Shown piece by piece: positions 8,704 to 19,034 of a DNA stretch of 64,000 bases (positions are counted from its first letter, which is position 1; each line of letters starts with the position of its first letter). A model generated the notes under the pieces. The model worked only from the letters and a program-made list of their open reading frames with translations. It was not told where the DNA came from and did no database searches. The stretch is from Vicinamibacteria bacterium (lineage in GTDB: Bacteria > Acidobacteriota > Vicinamibacteria > Marinacidobacterales > Marinacidobacteraceae), in the NCBI GenBank assembly GCA_963555995.3, contig OY821641.1:544001-608000 (forward strand), given 5' to 3'. Made by a program: the position numbers and the translations under genes.

Positions 8704-10052
8704 GCCATGGCCTCCCCGGCTGGGGCTTCGTCGTCTTCGGACGGGATCGCGGGGGCCGCTTCGAGGCCGCGGGTCAGGTCCCAGATCAGGTCCCGCGGGT
8801 CTTCGATGCCGACCGAGAGGCGGATCGTGCCCGGCGAGATGCCGGCGCCCCGGAGTTCCTCGTCGTCGAGCTGCCGGTGGGTGGTGCTCGCCGGATGGAT
8901 CACCAGGCTCTTCGCATCGCCGACGTTCGCGAGATGGGAAAAGAGATTGAGTTCGCGGATGAACCGGGCGCCCGCCTGCCGCCCCCCTTTCAGGTCGAAC
9001 GAGAACACCGCGCCCGCTCCCCGCGGCAGGTACTTCGCGACCAGCGGGGCGTAGCGGCTCCCGGGGAGTCCCGGGTGCGCCACCGCCTCGACCTCGGGCC
9101 GGCCCGTCAGGAAGGTCGCGATCTCGAGGGCGTTCGCCGTGTGCCGCTCCATCCGGAGCGGCAGCGTCTCGGCGCCGAGCCCGAAGAGGAAGGCGTTGAA
9201 CGGGGACATGCAGGCCCCGAGGTCCCGCAGCGTCTCGGCGCGCAGCTTCATCAGGAATCCGTACTCGCCGAAGGTCGCCTGGAACGCGAGGCCGTGGTAC
9301 GCCGGGGACGGGTCCGCGATCCCCGGGAACTTGCCGTTGTCCCAGGGGAACCGCCCCGACTCGACCACCACTCCGCCGATGCTGTTCCCGTGGCCGCCGA
9401 TGAACTTCGTCGTCGAATGGACCACGATGTCGGCGCCCCATTCGAGAGGCCGGCAGAGCCAGGGGGTGGCGAACGTGCTATCCACCATGAGGGGCACGCC
9501 GTGGCGGTGGGCGATCTCCGCTACGGCCTCGATGTCGAGGACGTTGCCGCCGGGGTTGCCGATCGTTTCGCCGAAGAACAGCTTCGTTTCGGGACGGACG
9601 GCTTCCTTCCAGTTGTCCGGCTCGTCCGGATCCACGAACGTGACCGCGAACCCCAGCTTGCGCTCGAGATGCTTGATCTGGGTGAGGGTGCCGCCGTAGA
9701 GGGCGCGGGAGGCGACCACGTGGTCGCCGGGCTTCAGCGCGGTGAAGAACGCGCCCGCCTGGGCGGCGAGTCCCGAGGCGAAGGCGACCGCGCCCACCCC
9801 GCCCTCGAGGTTCGCGATGCGTTCCTCGAACGCGGCCACGGTCGGGTTCATGATCCGCGAGTACGTGTTCCCGTATTCCTGGAGGTTGAAATAGGCCGCC
9901 GCCGCCTCCGGGTCCTCGAACACGTAACTGGTGGTCTGGAAGATGGGGGTGGCGCGCGCCCCGCTGTGCGGCTCGGGCCGGGCGCCGGCATGCACCGCCC
10001 GGGTGGCGAAGCCGAACTCGCGGGTCTCGGCTCCTACTTCTCTTTCGCTCAT
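8691..10052 (-). CDS. metY: O-acetylhomoserine sulfhydrylase
   Basis: PIFQTTSY, YSRIMNPT, HSTTKFIGGHG, HLANVGDAKSLVIHPASTTH. Confidence 0.95.
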   Translation of the reverse strand: MSEREVGAETREFGFATRAVHAGARPEPHSGARATPIFQTTSYVFEDPEAAAAYFNLQEYGNTYSRIMNPTVAAFEERIANLEGGVGAVAFASGLAAQAGAFFTALKPGDHVVASRALYGGTLTQIKHLERKLGFAVTFVDPDEPDNWKEAVRPETKLFFGETIGNPGGNVLDIEAVAEIAHRHGVPLMVDSTFATPWLCRPLEWGADIVVHSTTKFIGGHGNSIGGVVVESGRFPWDNGKFPGIADPSPAYHGLAFQATFGEYGFLMKLRAETLRDLGACMSPFNAFLFGLGAETLPLRMERHTANALEIATFLTGRPEVEAVAHPGLPGSRYAPLVAKYLPRGAGAVFSFDLKGGRQAGARFIRELNLFSHLANVGDAKSLVIHPASTTHRQLDDEELRGAGISPGTIRLSVGIEDPRDLIWDLTRGLEAAPAIPSEDDEAPAGEAMACPL

Positions 10053-10065
10053 GGGATGTCTACCT

Positions 10066-11283
10066 CTACTGGCCCAGAAACCCGCGAACGAGCGGCGTCA
10101 TCCGGCCCGCTTCCAACAGGAACGAGTCGTGCCCGTAGGTCGTCTCGATCTCGTGATGGACCACGCTCTTCCGGCGGGCCTCCAGCGCGGCCGCGAGTCT
10201 TCGGGAATCGCCGGAAGGGTATAGCCAATCCGAGGAGAAGGAGAGGAGCAGGGTGCGGCAGCGGAACCGCTCCACGGCCGCCTCGAGATCGCCGCCGCCG
10301 TAGCGCTTCGCAAGGTCGAACCGCGTGAGCGCGTAGGAGAGGAAGAGGTAGGCGTTGGCGTCGAAGCGCCGGTTGAACTTCGCGGCCTGGTGGACGAGGT
10401 AGGACTCGACCTGGAAGTCCGCGGCTTCGAGGTCGCCGGCGAAGTCCCGCCTTTCCTGGAGGCGGCGTCCGAACTTCGTCTCCATGCCGGGCGCCGACAG
10501 GTAGGTCAGGTGCCCCACCATGCGGGCGGTGGCGAGGCCGTGGACCGGCCGGGTCCCCTCCTCTGCGTAGCGGCCCCCGCGCCAGGCCGGGTCTCCGGTG
10601 ATGGCGCTCCTCGCGACCCAGTTCCAGCCGATGCCCTGGGCCGAGAGCCCGGGGGTGCTCGCGACGGCGACGACGGCGTCCACCTCGTCCGGAAACGCCG
10701 CCGCCCATTCGAGCGCCTGCATTCCGCCGAGGGAGCCGCCGGAGATTCCCCGCAGCCGGCGGACCCCGAGTTCGTGGAGCCCGGCGCGGGAAGCGCGGAC
10801 GATGTCGCCCACCGTGATCGCCGGGAAATCGGCTCCGTAGGGACGCCCGGTGTCCGGATTGAGGCTGAGCGGGCCGGTCGTGCCGCCGCACCCGCCCAGC
10901 AGGCTCATGCAGACCACGTGGAACCGGCCGGTGTCGAAGGCCTTGCCGGGTCCGATCATGGGGTCCCACCAGCCGAGTCCCTCGTTCCCGGCGGCGCGCT
11001 CGGCCCCGAACCCGTCCACCGCCGGCTCCGCCCCCCCGCCGCGCCCGGCCGCGTGCGCGTCGGCGGAGAGCGCCGGAGCGATCAGGACGGTGTTCCCGCC
11101 GCCGGGATCGGGTTCGCCCCAGGTTTCGCAGGCGATCTCCAGCTCGGGCAGAACGGCGCCGCTCTCGAGCGCGAAGGAACCGGGCGGGGTCAGCCGCAGC
11201 CGGCGATGGGGAGCGGCGTTGGCCGGGACGTGCCACGGGTCCCGCCGCGGACGCCCCGCGGCCGGGCTCAGGTCCTGAGCCAC
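10066..11283 (-). CDS. metX: homoserine O-acetyltransferase
   Basis: GWWDPMIGPGK, GGSLGGMQALEW, RFDANAY, SSDWLYP, YGHDSFL; GTG start at 11283 is tentative. Confidence 0.92.
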   Translation of the reverse strand: MAQDLSPAAGRPRRDPWHVPANAAPHRRLRLTPPGSFALESGAVLPELEIACETWGEPDPGGGNTVLIAPALSADAHAAGRGGGAEPAVDGFGAERAAGNEGLGWWDPMIGPGKAFDTGRFHVVCMSLLGGCGGTTGPLSLNPDTGRPYGADFPAITVGDIVRASRAGLHELGVRRLRGISGGSLGGMQALEWAAAFPDEVDAVVAVASTPGLSAQGIGWNWVARSAITGDPAWRGGRYAEEGTRPVHGLATARMVGHLTYLSAPGMETKFGRRLQERRDFAGDLEAADFQVESYLVHQAAKFNRRFDANAYLFLSYALTRFDLAKRYGGGDLEAAVERFRCRTLLLSFSSDWLYPSGDSRRLAAALEARRKSVVHHEIETTYGHDSFLLEAGRMTPLVRGFLGQ

Positions 11284-12029
11284 AGGGCCACCGCAAAGGC
11301 GAGGGTCGCCGCCGCCACGACGAACCGCAGGATCCGGTCGCCGGCCTTGAGCGTCAGCCGGGCGCCGACGAGGGCGCCGGCGAAGGCGCCGATGCCGAGC
11401 GCCAGGCCCACCCCCCAGTCCACCACCCCGTTCGCGGCGAAGACCGACAGGGACACGATGGAGAAGAGGAAGATGCACGCCACCTTGATCGCGTTCCCGG
11501 CCACCAGCCCGTAGCCGGCCCAGTTCGTGGCCCCGAGGGCCAGGAAGCCGACCCCCGCCTGCACGAACCCGCCGTAGAACCCGACCGCGACGAACGCCGC
11601 CATCAGTCCGGCGCCCACGCGCGGTGCGCCGGGCCGCACGTCCTCTCCCGCCGCCCCGCGCTGGAGCAGCGGAAAGAGCGTGAACAGGACCATCACGATG
11701 GACAGGAACCGCAGGAAGACCGTCTCCCCCACGTGCACCGCCAGGGTGCTGCCGAGGCCCGCCCCGAGGATCGCCGCGAGGCCGAGCCGGACCAGCACGC
11801 CCACCGGCATCACGTCGGCGCGGCGGAAGGCGGCGGTGGCGCCGGCGCTCTGGATCAGGATCGCGAGCCGGTTCGTGCCGTTGGCGACGGTATGGGGCAG
11901 TCCCAGCAGGATCAGCAGGGGCAGCGTGAGGAACGACCCGCCGCCGGCGACCGTGTTGAGCGCACCCGCGACGAAGCCTGCCGGAATGAGCAGCAGGGCG
12001 GCGACGAATGGATCAGCGATCGTCGCCAC
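11268..12029 (-). CDS. TauE/SafE sulfite exporter family membrane protein
   Basis: NTVAGGGS, ANGTNR, GFYGGFVQAGVG; multiple TM helices. Confidence 0.9.
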   Translation of the reverse strand: MATIADPFVAALLLIPAGFVAGALNTVAGGGSFLTLPLLILLGLPHTVANGTNRLAILIQSAGATAAFRRADVMPVGVLVRLGLAAILGAGLGSTLAVHVGETVFLRFLSIVMVLFTLFPLLQRGAAGEDVRPGAPRVGAGLMAAFVAVGFYGGFVQAGVGFLALGATNWAGYGLVAGNAIKVACIFLFSIVSLSVFAANGVVDWGVGLALGIGAFAGALVGARLTLKAGDRILRFVVAAATLAFAVALWLRT

Positions 12030-12435
12030 CTGCCGAAGCGCGGAAGTCGAGCGCCGCGGAGTTGATGCACCAGCGCTCTCCGGTCGCCTGGCGCGGGCCG
12101 TCCGGGAACACGTGGCCGAGGTGCGCGTCGCAGCGCGCACAGCTCGCTTCGGTGCGCACCATGCCGAGACTGCGGTCCACCGCGGTCGCCGTCGCCTCGC
12201 AGTCCGCGGGCCGCGTGAAGCTCGGCCAGCCGCTCCCGGAGTCGTACTTGTCCTCCGAGGAGAAGAGGACCGCTCCGCAGCAGACGCAGCGGTACTCCCC
12301 GTCGGCGTGGTTTCGGTTGTGGACCCCGCTGAACGGCGGTTCGGTGGCGCCGCGGCGGGTGACGGCGAACTGTTCCGGGGTCAGTTGGGCGCGCCATTCC
12401 GCGCTCGTCTTCTCGATCCTTCCGGGCTTGGTCAT
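12013..12435 (-). CDS. msrB: peptide-methionine (R)-S-oxide reductase
   Basis: TEPPFSG, CxxC pairs, KYDSGSGWPSF, HLGHVFPDGP, RWCINS. Confidence 0.97.
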   Translation of the reverse strand: MTKPGRIEKTSAEWRAQLTPEQFAVTRRGATEPPFSGVHNRNHADGEYRCVCCGAVLFSSEDKYDSGSGWPSFTRPADCEATATAVDRSLGMVRTEASCARCDAHLGHVFPDGPRQATGERWCINSAALDFRASAGGDDR

Positions 12436-12571
12436 GGTGTCTTCAGGTGGGGGCGGGGCGTCCGCGTCGATTTCGGGATTTCTGGCGGTCTCGCCGTGTT
12501 GTTGTGCTCGGCAGCCTGCGGTGGGAATCGCCTGGCGTCGAATCGCGGCGCAAAGCGCCGTGGGGGTGGGG

Positions 12572-12628
12572 TGTGGGGAGGGGTTTCCCCTCCCCACAGA
12601 AAAGGGCGGGTGAAGCGCGTAGCGCTTC
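12572..12628. repeat. intergenic hairpin pair (second REP/MITE-like type)
   Basis: TGTGGGGAGGGG-TTT-CCCCTCCCCACA (12572-12598) and GAAGCGC-GTA-GCGCTTC (12612-12628). Confidence 0.6.
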
Positions 12629-12730
12629 GCGCCGCCACCCGTGGACAGAGCGCACCGCAGCTCGGAACCACGACCGACTCGGTGATCTGTTCCCAATCTG
12701 CATTCTGCGGGGCGCTGTGTCCACGGGTTG

Positions 12731-12910
12731 TCAGTTGGCGAAGTAGGCGCGGCCGAGGATGAGCAGCCAGTAGAGGATGAGCGAGAGCACCAGGGCTCGC
12801 CCGAACTCCCGGAGCTTGTCGAGGAACCGCGCCTTCCGGGCGGCCGGAATCAGGGCGTAGATCACCGTCGCGAGCACCGCGACGATAGCGAGGTTGCGGA
12901 ACCGGATCAT
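12731..12910 (-). CDS. small two-TM membrane protein (59 aa)
   Basis: MIRFRNLAIVAVLATVIYALIP...LVLSLILYWLLILGRAYFAN; GC-rich codon usage. Confidence 0.7.
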   Translation of the reverse strand: MIRFRNLAIVAVLATVIYALIPAARKARFLDKLREFGRALVLSLILYWLLILGRAYFAN

Positions 12911-13154
12911 CGTCCGGGAGTCTCTTGGAACACGAACCGTGAGCGCCGGCCGCCTTCCATGATAGTCCGCGGCGACGGTACGGGACCCGAGACCCGGCCC
13001 CCGCCATCGAGCCCGCCGCCGGGGCGCCGCCCGCCCGGAGAGCCCGTCCGGCGCCGGGAGATCCGGGGTTCGCGGCGCCGCCTTGCGGGTATGATCCATC
13101 GGCTCGCAGCGGCTTGATTCGGGCGCTGGGAACCGCTGATTCCGGGGGTAAGCG

Positions 13155-14024
13155 ATGGCACACGACGAAGTGCGGACCGACGAAATCGAGGAGGACGACG
13201 ACTGGGGCGGGGAGCCCGACGACGGGGGGCCGGCGGAACCGGACGCGTCCGGCTCCGCGGCGGACGCCAGGAAGCGCAACGCGATGCTCGCGCTCGCGGC
13301 GGCGGTGCTGATCGCTGCCGGAGCCGGTTGGTATTTCGTCTATGGTCCGGGCAATCCGCCCCCTCCGCCGCCACCGGTCGTCGAGGCCGAACCCGAACCG
13401 GTTGTCGAACCGGAACCCGAGCCGGAGCTTCCCGCTCTCGACGCGAGCGATCCGTTCCTCCGGTCGCTGTTCGCGGCGATCACCGCGAATCCCGACGCCT
13501 TGGCGTGGCTGCTGGGCGACGATCTGGCGCGGCGGATCGCCGTGGCCACGGACAACGTCGCCGACGGGATGTCTCCCCGCCGGGCGCTTGCCCCGCTGTC
13601 ACCGGAGGGCGGGTTCCGCGCCGCCGGTGAAGGAGCGGAACTCCACGCCCATCCGGCCGCCTTCGCCCGCTACGACGCGGTCGCGGCGGCGCTGGAGGGC
13701 GCCGACAGCCCCGGAATGGCCCGGGTGATCCGGGAGGCGCTGCCGATCCTCGACGCCGCCTACGCCGAGCTGGGACGTCCCGACCGTTCCTTCGCGGGGG
13801 CCCTGCTCGAGGCGCTCGACCGGCTCGCGGGGGTCCCGACGCCCGAATCGCCCGTTCTGCTCGACGAGCAGATCATGCGCTACGAATACCGCGACCCCGC
13901 GCTCGAAGGGCTGGACGACGCGAGCAAGCACCTGCTCCGGTTCGGGCCGGAGAACCAGGCGAAGGTCCAGGAAGCCGCGCGCGGACTGGCCGAACGGCTT
14001 CGGGCGGGGGGCGCACCGTTCTAG
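13155..14024 (+). CDS. DUF3014-like membrane-anchored protein
   Basis: TM, then Pro/Glu linker, LPALDASD, RYD, AYAELG, DPALEGL..A.K.LLR.GP.N. Confidence 0.8.
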   Translation: MAHDEVRTDEIEEDDDWGGEPDDGGPAEPDASGSAADARKRNAMLALAAAVLIAAGAGWYFVYGPGNPPPPPPPVVEAEPEPVVEPEPEPELPALDASDPFLRSLFAAITANPDALAWLLGDDLARRIAVATDNVADGMSPRRALAPLSPEGGFRAAGEGAELHAHPAAFARYDAVAAALEGADSPGMARVIREALPILDAAYAELGRPDRSFAGALLEALDRLAGVPTPESPVLLDEQIMRYEYRDPALEGLDDASKHLLRFGPENQAKVQEAARGLAERLRAGGAPF

Positions 14025-14073
14025 CGGCCGCGCGCCGTCCCTTCGCCAGCTCACGCCGCCCCGGTTCCGCTGC

Positions 14074-14343
14074 GTGCCGTCCGTTCATTTCACACCGAAC
14101 CTTCGCCGGCACCTGCTCGTAGAGAGCACCGAGGTCGAGGGCCAGACGGTGTCGGACGCGCTATCCCGGGTGTTTCGCGACAACCCCGGCCTGCGCTCCT
14201 ACGTCCTCGACGATCAGGGACGCCTCCGCACCCACGTGGTGATCTACGTGGACGGCCGTCCGGTCCGGGACCGGACGGCGCTCGGCGACGCCGTTGGCGA
14301 GGGCGCGGAGATCCACGTCATGCAGGCGCTGTCGGGGGGGTAG
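14074..14343 (+). CDS. MoaD/ThiS ubiquitin-like protein
   Basis: 89 aa, YVLDDQGRLR.HV, C-terminal ALSGG. Confidence 0.9.
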   Translation: MPSVHFTPNLRRHLLVESTEVEGQTVSDALSRVFRDNPGLRSYVLDDQGRLRTHVVIYVDGRPVRDRTALGDAVGEGAEIHVMQALSGG

Positions 14344-14352
14344 CCTCCGGAC

Positions 14353-15429
14353 ATGCTCCTGCACCTCGGAACCCGCAAGGGGTACCTCGCGCTTCGCCGC
14401 TTCGGGAAGGGTGACTGGCGCTCGGAACGCACCGCCTTCATCGGGGATCCGGTCTCCCAGTTGCTGCCCGACCCCCGCGACGGGCGGCTCTACGCGGCGC
14501 TCAACCTCGGGCACTTCGGCGTCAAGCTCCGGGTCTCGGAAGACCGCGGCGCCTCCTTCACCGAGCTGCCGGCGCCGGCGTATGCGAAGGACGAGACCTC
14601 GTCGGAGGAGGCGCCGTCGGTGGATCTCCTCTGGTGCCTCGAACCCGCCGGTCCCGATCCCGGGTCGCTCTGGTGCGGAACCATCCCGGGCGGACTCTTC
14701 CGGTCGGACGACGGGGGCCGTTCCTGGGCCCTGAACGAGGCGCTCTGGAACCAGCCGAGCCGCGAGCGGTGGTTCGGCGGGGGTTATCCGCATCCCGGAA
14801 TCCACTCGGTGCTGGTGGCGCCGGACGGCGAGCGGGTCGTCGCCGGGGTTTCCTGCGGCGGCGTCTGGATCAGCGAGGATGGCGGGGAATCCTGGCGGGT
14901 GCGGACCGAGGGCATGTTCGCGGAGTACATGCCTCCCGAGCAACGAGAAGACCCGGCCATCCAGGACCCGCACCGGCTCGCGTGGTGCGAGGCGGACCGC
15001 CGCCGGATCTGGTGCCAGCACCACAACGGCTTCTTCCGTTCCGACGACGGGGGCGAGACCTGGACCAGCCTCGACGTGCCGCCCTCGTCCTTCGGGTTTG
15101 CGGTCGCCGCCCACCCGGGCGACCCGCAGGTCGCCTGGAGCGTTCCGCTGGTCAAGGACGAGTGCCGCGTCCCGGTCGGCCGCCGGATGGTGGTGGCGCG
15201 CACCCGCGACGGCGGAGCGAGCTGGGAGACGGTGGGCCGCGGACTGCCCGAGGGCGATTCCTTCGCGGTGGTGTACCGCCACGGTCTCGACGTCCATCCT
15301 GGCGAAGCGGTCCTGGCGATGGCCACCACCACGGGAGCGCTCTGGATCTCCGAGGACCTCGGCGACTCGTGGGATCTCGTAACCGCGGAACTCGCCCCGG
15401 TCTACTGCGTCCGCTTCGACCCGCCGTAG
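14353..15429 (+). CDS. BNR/Asp-box beta-propeller (sialidase-like) protein
   Basis: repeated SxDxGxSW boxes; GTRKG, WFGGG, QDPH, QHHNG. Confidence 0.85.
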   Translation: MLLHLGTRKGYLALRRFGKGDWRSERTAFIGDPVSQLLPDPRDGRLYAALNLGHFGVKLRVSEDRGASFTELPAPAYAKDETSSEEAPSVDLLWCLEPAGPDPGSLWCGTIPGGLFRSDDGGRSWALNEALWNQPSRERWFGGGYPHPGIHSVLVAPDGERVVAGVSCGGVWISEDGGESWRVRTEGMFAEYMPPEQREDPAIQDPHRLAWCEADRRRIWCQHHNGFFRSDDGGETWTSLDVPPSSFGFAVAAHPGDPQVAWSVPLVKDECRVPVGRRMVVARTRDGGASWETVGRGLPEGDSFAVVYRHGLDVHPGEAVLAMATTTGALWISEDLGDSWDLVTAELAPVYCVRFDPP

Positions 15430-15529
15430 GCCGGGAGCCCCTCCCGGTGCGGGAGTGGCGGCGGGTATTCGCGAGCGAATACACTCCGCAAATTCTGTCC
15501 GCTGGGGGGTCCGGCGGGCGGGTGATCCC

Positions 15530-17067
15530 TTGAACGATTCTCTGCAACTTCCCTTCCACGATCTCGTCCGGCGCCTCGACCTCCGGCTGCGGGTGCTGGG
15601 ACTGGTGCGGGAGTTCGCCTTCGTGGCGGGGGCGGTCGCGCTCGCGCTGCTTCTCCCGCGGCTCGTGGGGGACGGCATCTCCTGGCTCCCGGCGCTGGTG
15701 GCGGCCGTCGGGGTCGCCGCCCTTCTCTACCGCGGTCTGGCCGGCCTCCGGGCCGGCGCCGGGCTCGGGAGGGCGGCCGCCGCCGGGGACCGCGCGGGGG
15801 GGCTGCACGACGAGCTCGCATCGGCGCAGTGGTTCTCCGCCGCGTCGTCGCCGACCGCCTGGGAGGTCCACCAGATCGAGCGCGCCCGGACGCGCGCCGA
15901 CGAACTCGACGCCGCCGAACTCCTCCCCTTCCAGGTCCCCCGGGCGAGCCTCCTGGCGACCGCCGCGCTGGCCGTTCTCGCGGTAGTCCTCCCCTTCACC
16001 CACGGGCCGCTGGTCTCGGAAGCGCTGCGGGCGCGCATCGCCGCCGGACTCGGCAGCCTGGGCGGCGATCCCGCGGGCGAGGATCCGGCGGCGGGGCCGG
16101 ACGCGTTCGAGGATGCCGCCGACGCCCGGGTGGAGGCCCGGTCGCCCGAGGAGATCCTGGCCGAGCTGCGCGCCGGCGAGTTGCGGCTGCCCGAGGACTC
16201 GACCGACGACCTGGACGCGCTCCAGGCGGCGCTGACGGCGGCGATGGAGGAGCGGGCCCTGCAGGAGACCAGCGAGGAGGTCTCCGCCGCGCTCGCCGGA
16301 CTCGCGGAGGCCATGGACGCGGACTCGCTCACCGCCGCCGAATGGCTGGACAGCCTCTCCGAGGCCATGCGCTCCGCGAACACCCCGGAAGAACTCCAGG
16401 CGCTACTCGAATCGCTCGAGCAGGGCGCGGACGGCGACGCGCTGAGCGCGGCCGCCGCGGAGATGATGGAGCTGATGGAGGGGGGGTTGAGCGCCGACGA
16501 GGCCCTCCAGCAACTCGCCGAGAACATGCAGGCGATGGACGGCGAGGCGATGAACGGCCAGGGCGGGGGAGAAGCGCAGCAGATGCCGTTCCCGGGCGAC
16601 GGCGAGGGTGGACAGCCCCAGGCGGGGGAGGGCGGTGAACCGGCGGCGGGGATGCCGCAGGGCGCGGCCGGCCTCTCGGGGCAGGTGCAGATGATGGCCG
16701 CCGAGGGCCAGATGGGGGCGCCGATCCCCATGGACGCCGGTCCGGCGGGGAACATGACCGGGCCCGGCGGGGGCGGCGAGTCCGAGGTGTTCGGCGCCGC
16801 CACCAGTCTCGAAGTGCAATTGGAAATGGAGGCGATCCCGGCGCCCCTCGACGAGGAGCCGGTTCCCGAGCAGATGATCGAGCGGCAGAGCCGCCGCGAG
16901 GACGCGACCGTCGCCTACGACTCGGTGGGCTCGCTCTCCGACTACGCCGACGAGACGGTCTCCCGCACCCGGCCGATCCCCGCCGGGCTCCGGCCCCTGG
17001 TCCGCGCCTACTTCCTCATGATCCGCGAGACGGCCAAGGTGGACGCCGCCGAAGGAGAACAAGAAGA

Positions 17068-17071
<4 letters not shown>
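15530..17071 (+). CDS. membrane protein with acidic coiled-coil/low-complexity tail (MoxR-locus associated)
   Basis: N-terminal TMs, DEL.SA, E/Q/G-rich C-terminus ending IP...R.LVRAYF; start uncertain. Confidence 0.7.
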
Positions 17072-18090
<1,019 letters not shown>

Positions 18091-18134
18091 CCGCCGGCTG
18101 ACACGGTCGATTCCCGGGGGCGGAACTGGCTGGC

Positions 18135-19022
18135 ATGAGCAATTCGCAGACGCTCTTCGACAACGACTTCATGGAGCGGCTCGAGTACCTGAAGCTCATG
18201 GCCACCCGGATGCTCCCGAGCCGGCACCGCGGGGAACACCGCGCTCGGAAGCGCGGGTCCGGCATCGAACTCGCCGACTACCGGCCCTACGTGGACGGGG
18301 ACGACACGCGCGACGTGGACTGGAAGGCGTTCCTCCGGCTCGACAAGCTGGTGCTGCGGATCTTCGACGAGGAGGCGGACCTGCCGGTCTACCTGTTTGT
18401 GGACCGCAGCGCTTCCATGGCGTTCGGGAGCCCCCCCAAGTTCGACTTCGCCCGCAAGATGGCCGGGGCGCTGTCCTACATCGGCCTGATGAACCACGAC
18501 CTCATCTCGATCGTCTGGTACGGCCGGAAGATTGACGGGTGGATGGCGCCGAAGCGGGGACGGAACCAGATCTTCCGGGCCTTCCGGTTCCTCGACGCGG
18601 GAGACACCGGCGGCGCCACCTCGCTCGCGGCGTGTTTCCGGACCTTCTTCGGCTCGCGCCGCAAGCGCGGCCTGGCGGTGGTGCTCTCGGACCTCATGGA
18701 CGAGGAGGACCTGCTGGGGGCGTTCGACGCCTGCCGCTACCAGAAGCACGACATGTTCGTAGTGCAGGTGCTCACCCCCGAGGAACTCGACCCGGCGCTT
18801 CCCGACGAGGCGCTGCTGACCGACAGCGAGGACGGCTCCGAGCGCCGGGTCCGGGTCACCCCGAGACTGCTGGACCGCTACCAGACGGCGCTCGCCGAGC
18901 ACCAGCAGAAGGTCGAGGAGTACTGCTCCCGCTACGGGTTCGGCTTCTGCGTCGCGAACAGCGGGGAGCCCTTCGAGGACGCCGTCATGGCGATCTTCAA
19001 GACGGACCGGTTCATCCGGTAG
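18135..19022 (+). CDS. DUF58 (vWA-like) protein
   Basis: GSGIELADYRPY..GDD.R.VDWK, DRSASM, VVLSD. Confidence 0.92.
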   Translation: MSNSQTLFDNDFMERLEYLKLMATRMLPSRHRGEHRARKRGSGIELADYRPYVDGDDTRDVDWKAFLRLDKLVLRIFDEEADLPVYLFVDRSASMAFGSPPKFDFARKMAGALSYIGLMNHDLISIVWYGRKIDGWMAPKRGRNQIFRAFRFLDAGDTGGATSLAACFRTFFGSRRKRGLAVVLSDLMDEEDLLGAFDACRYQKHDMFVVQVLTPEELDPALPDEALLTDSEDGSERRVRVTPRLLDRYQTALAEHQQKVEEYCSRYGFGFCVANSGEPFEDAVMAIFKTDRFIR

Positions 19023-19034
19023 CCGGGAACCGCG

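Noticed and set aside
10049-11296. Alternative 415-aa ORF overlapping metX, suggesting a frameshift
   Set aside because: All MetX motifs lie in the single frame ending at 10066; the other frame is Arg/Gly-rich noise
12013-12435. MsrB as a second selenoprotein
   Set aside because: The catalytic position is Cys (RWCINS) and there is no in-frame UGA
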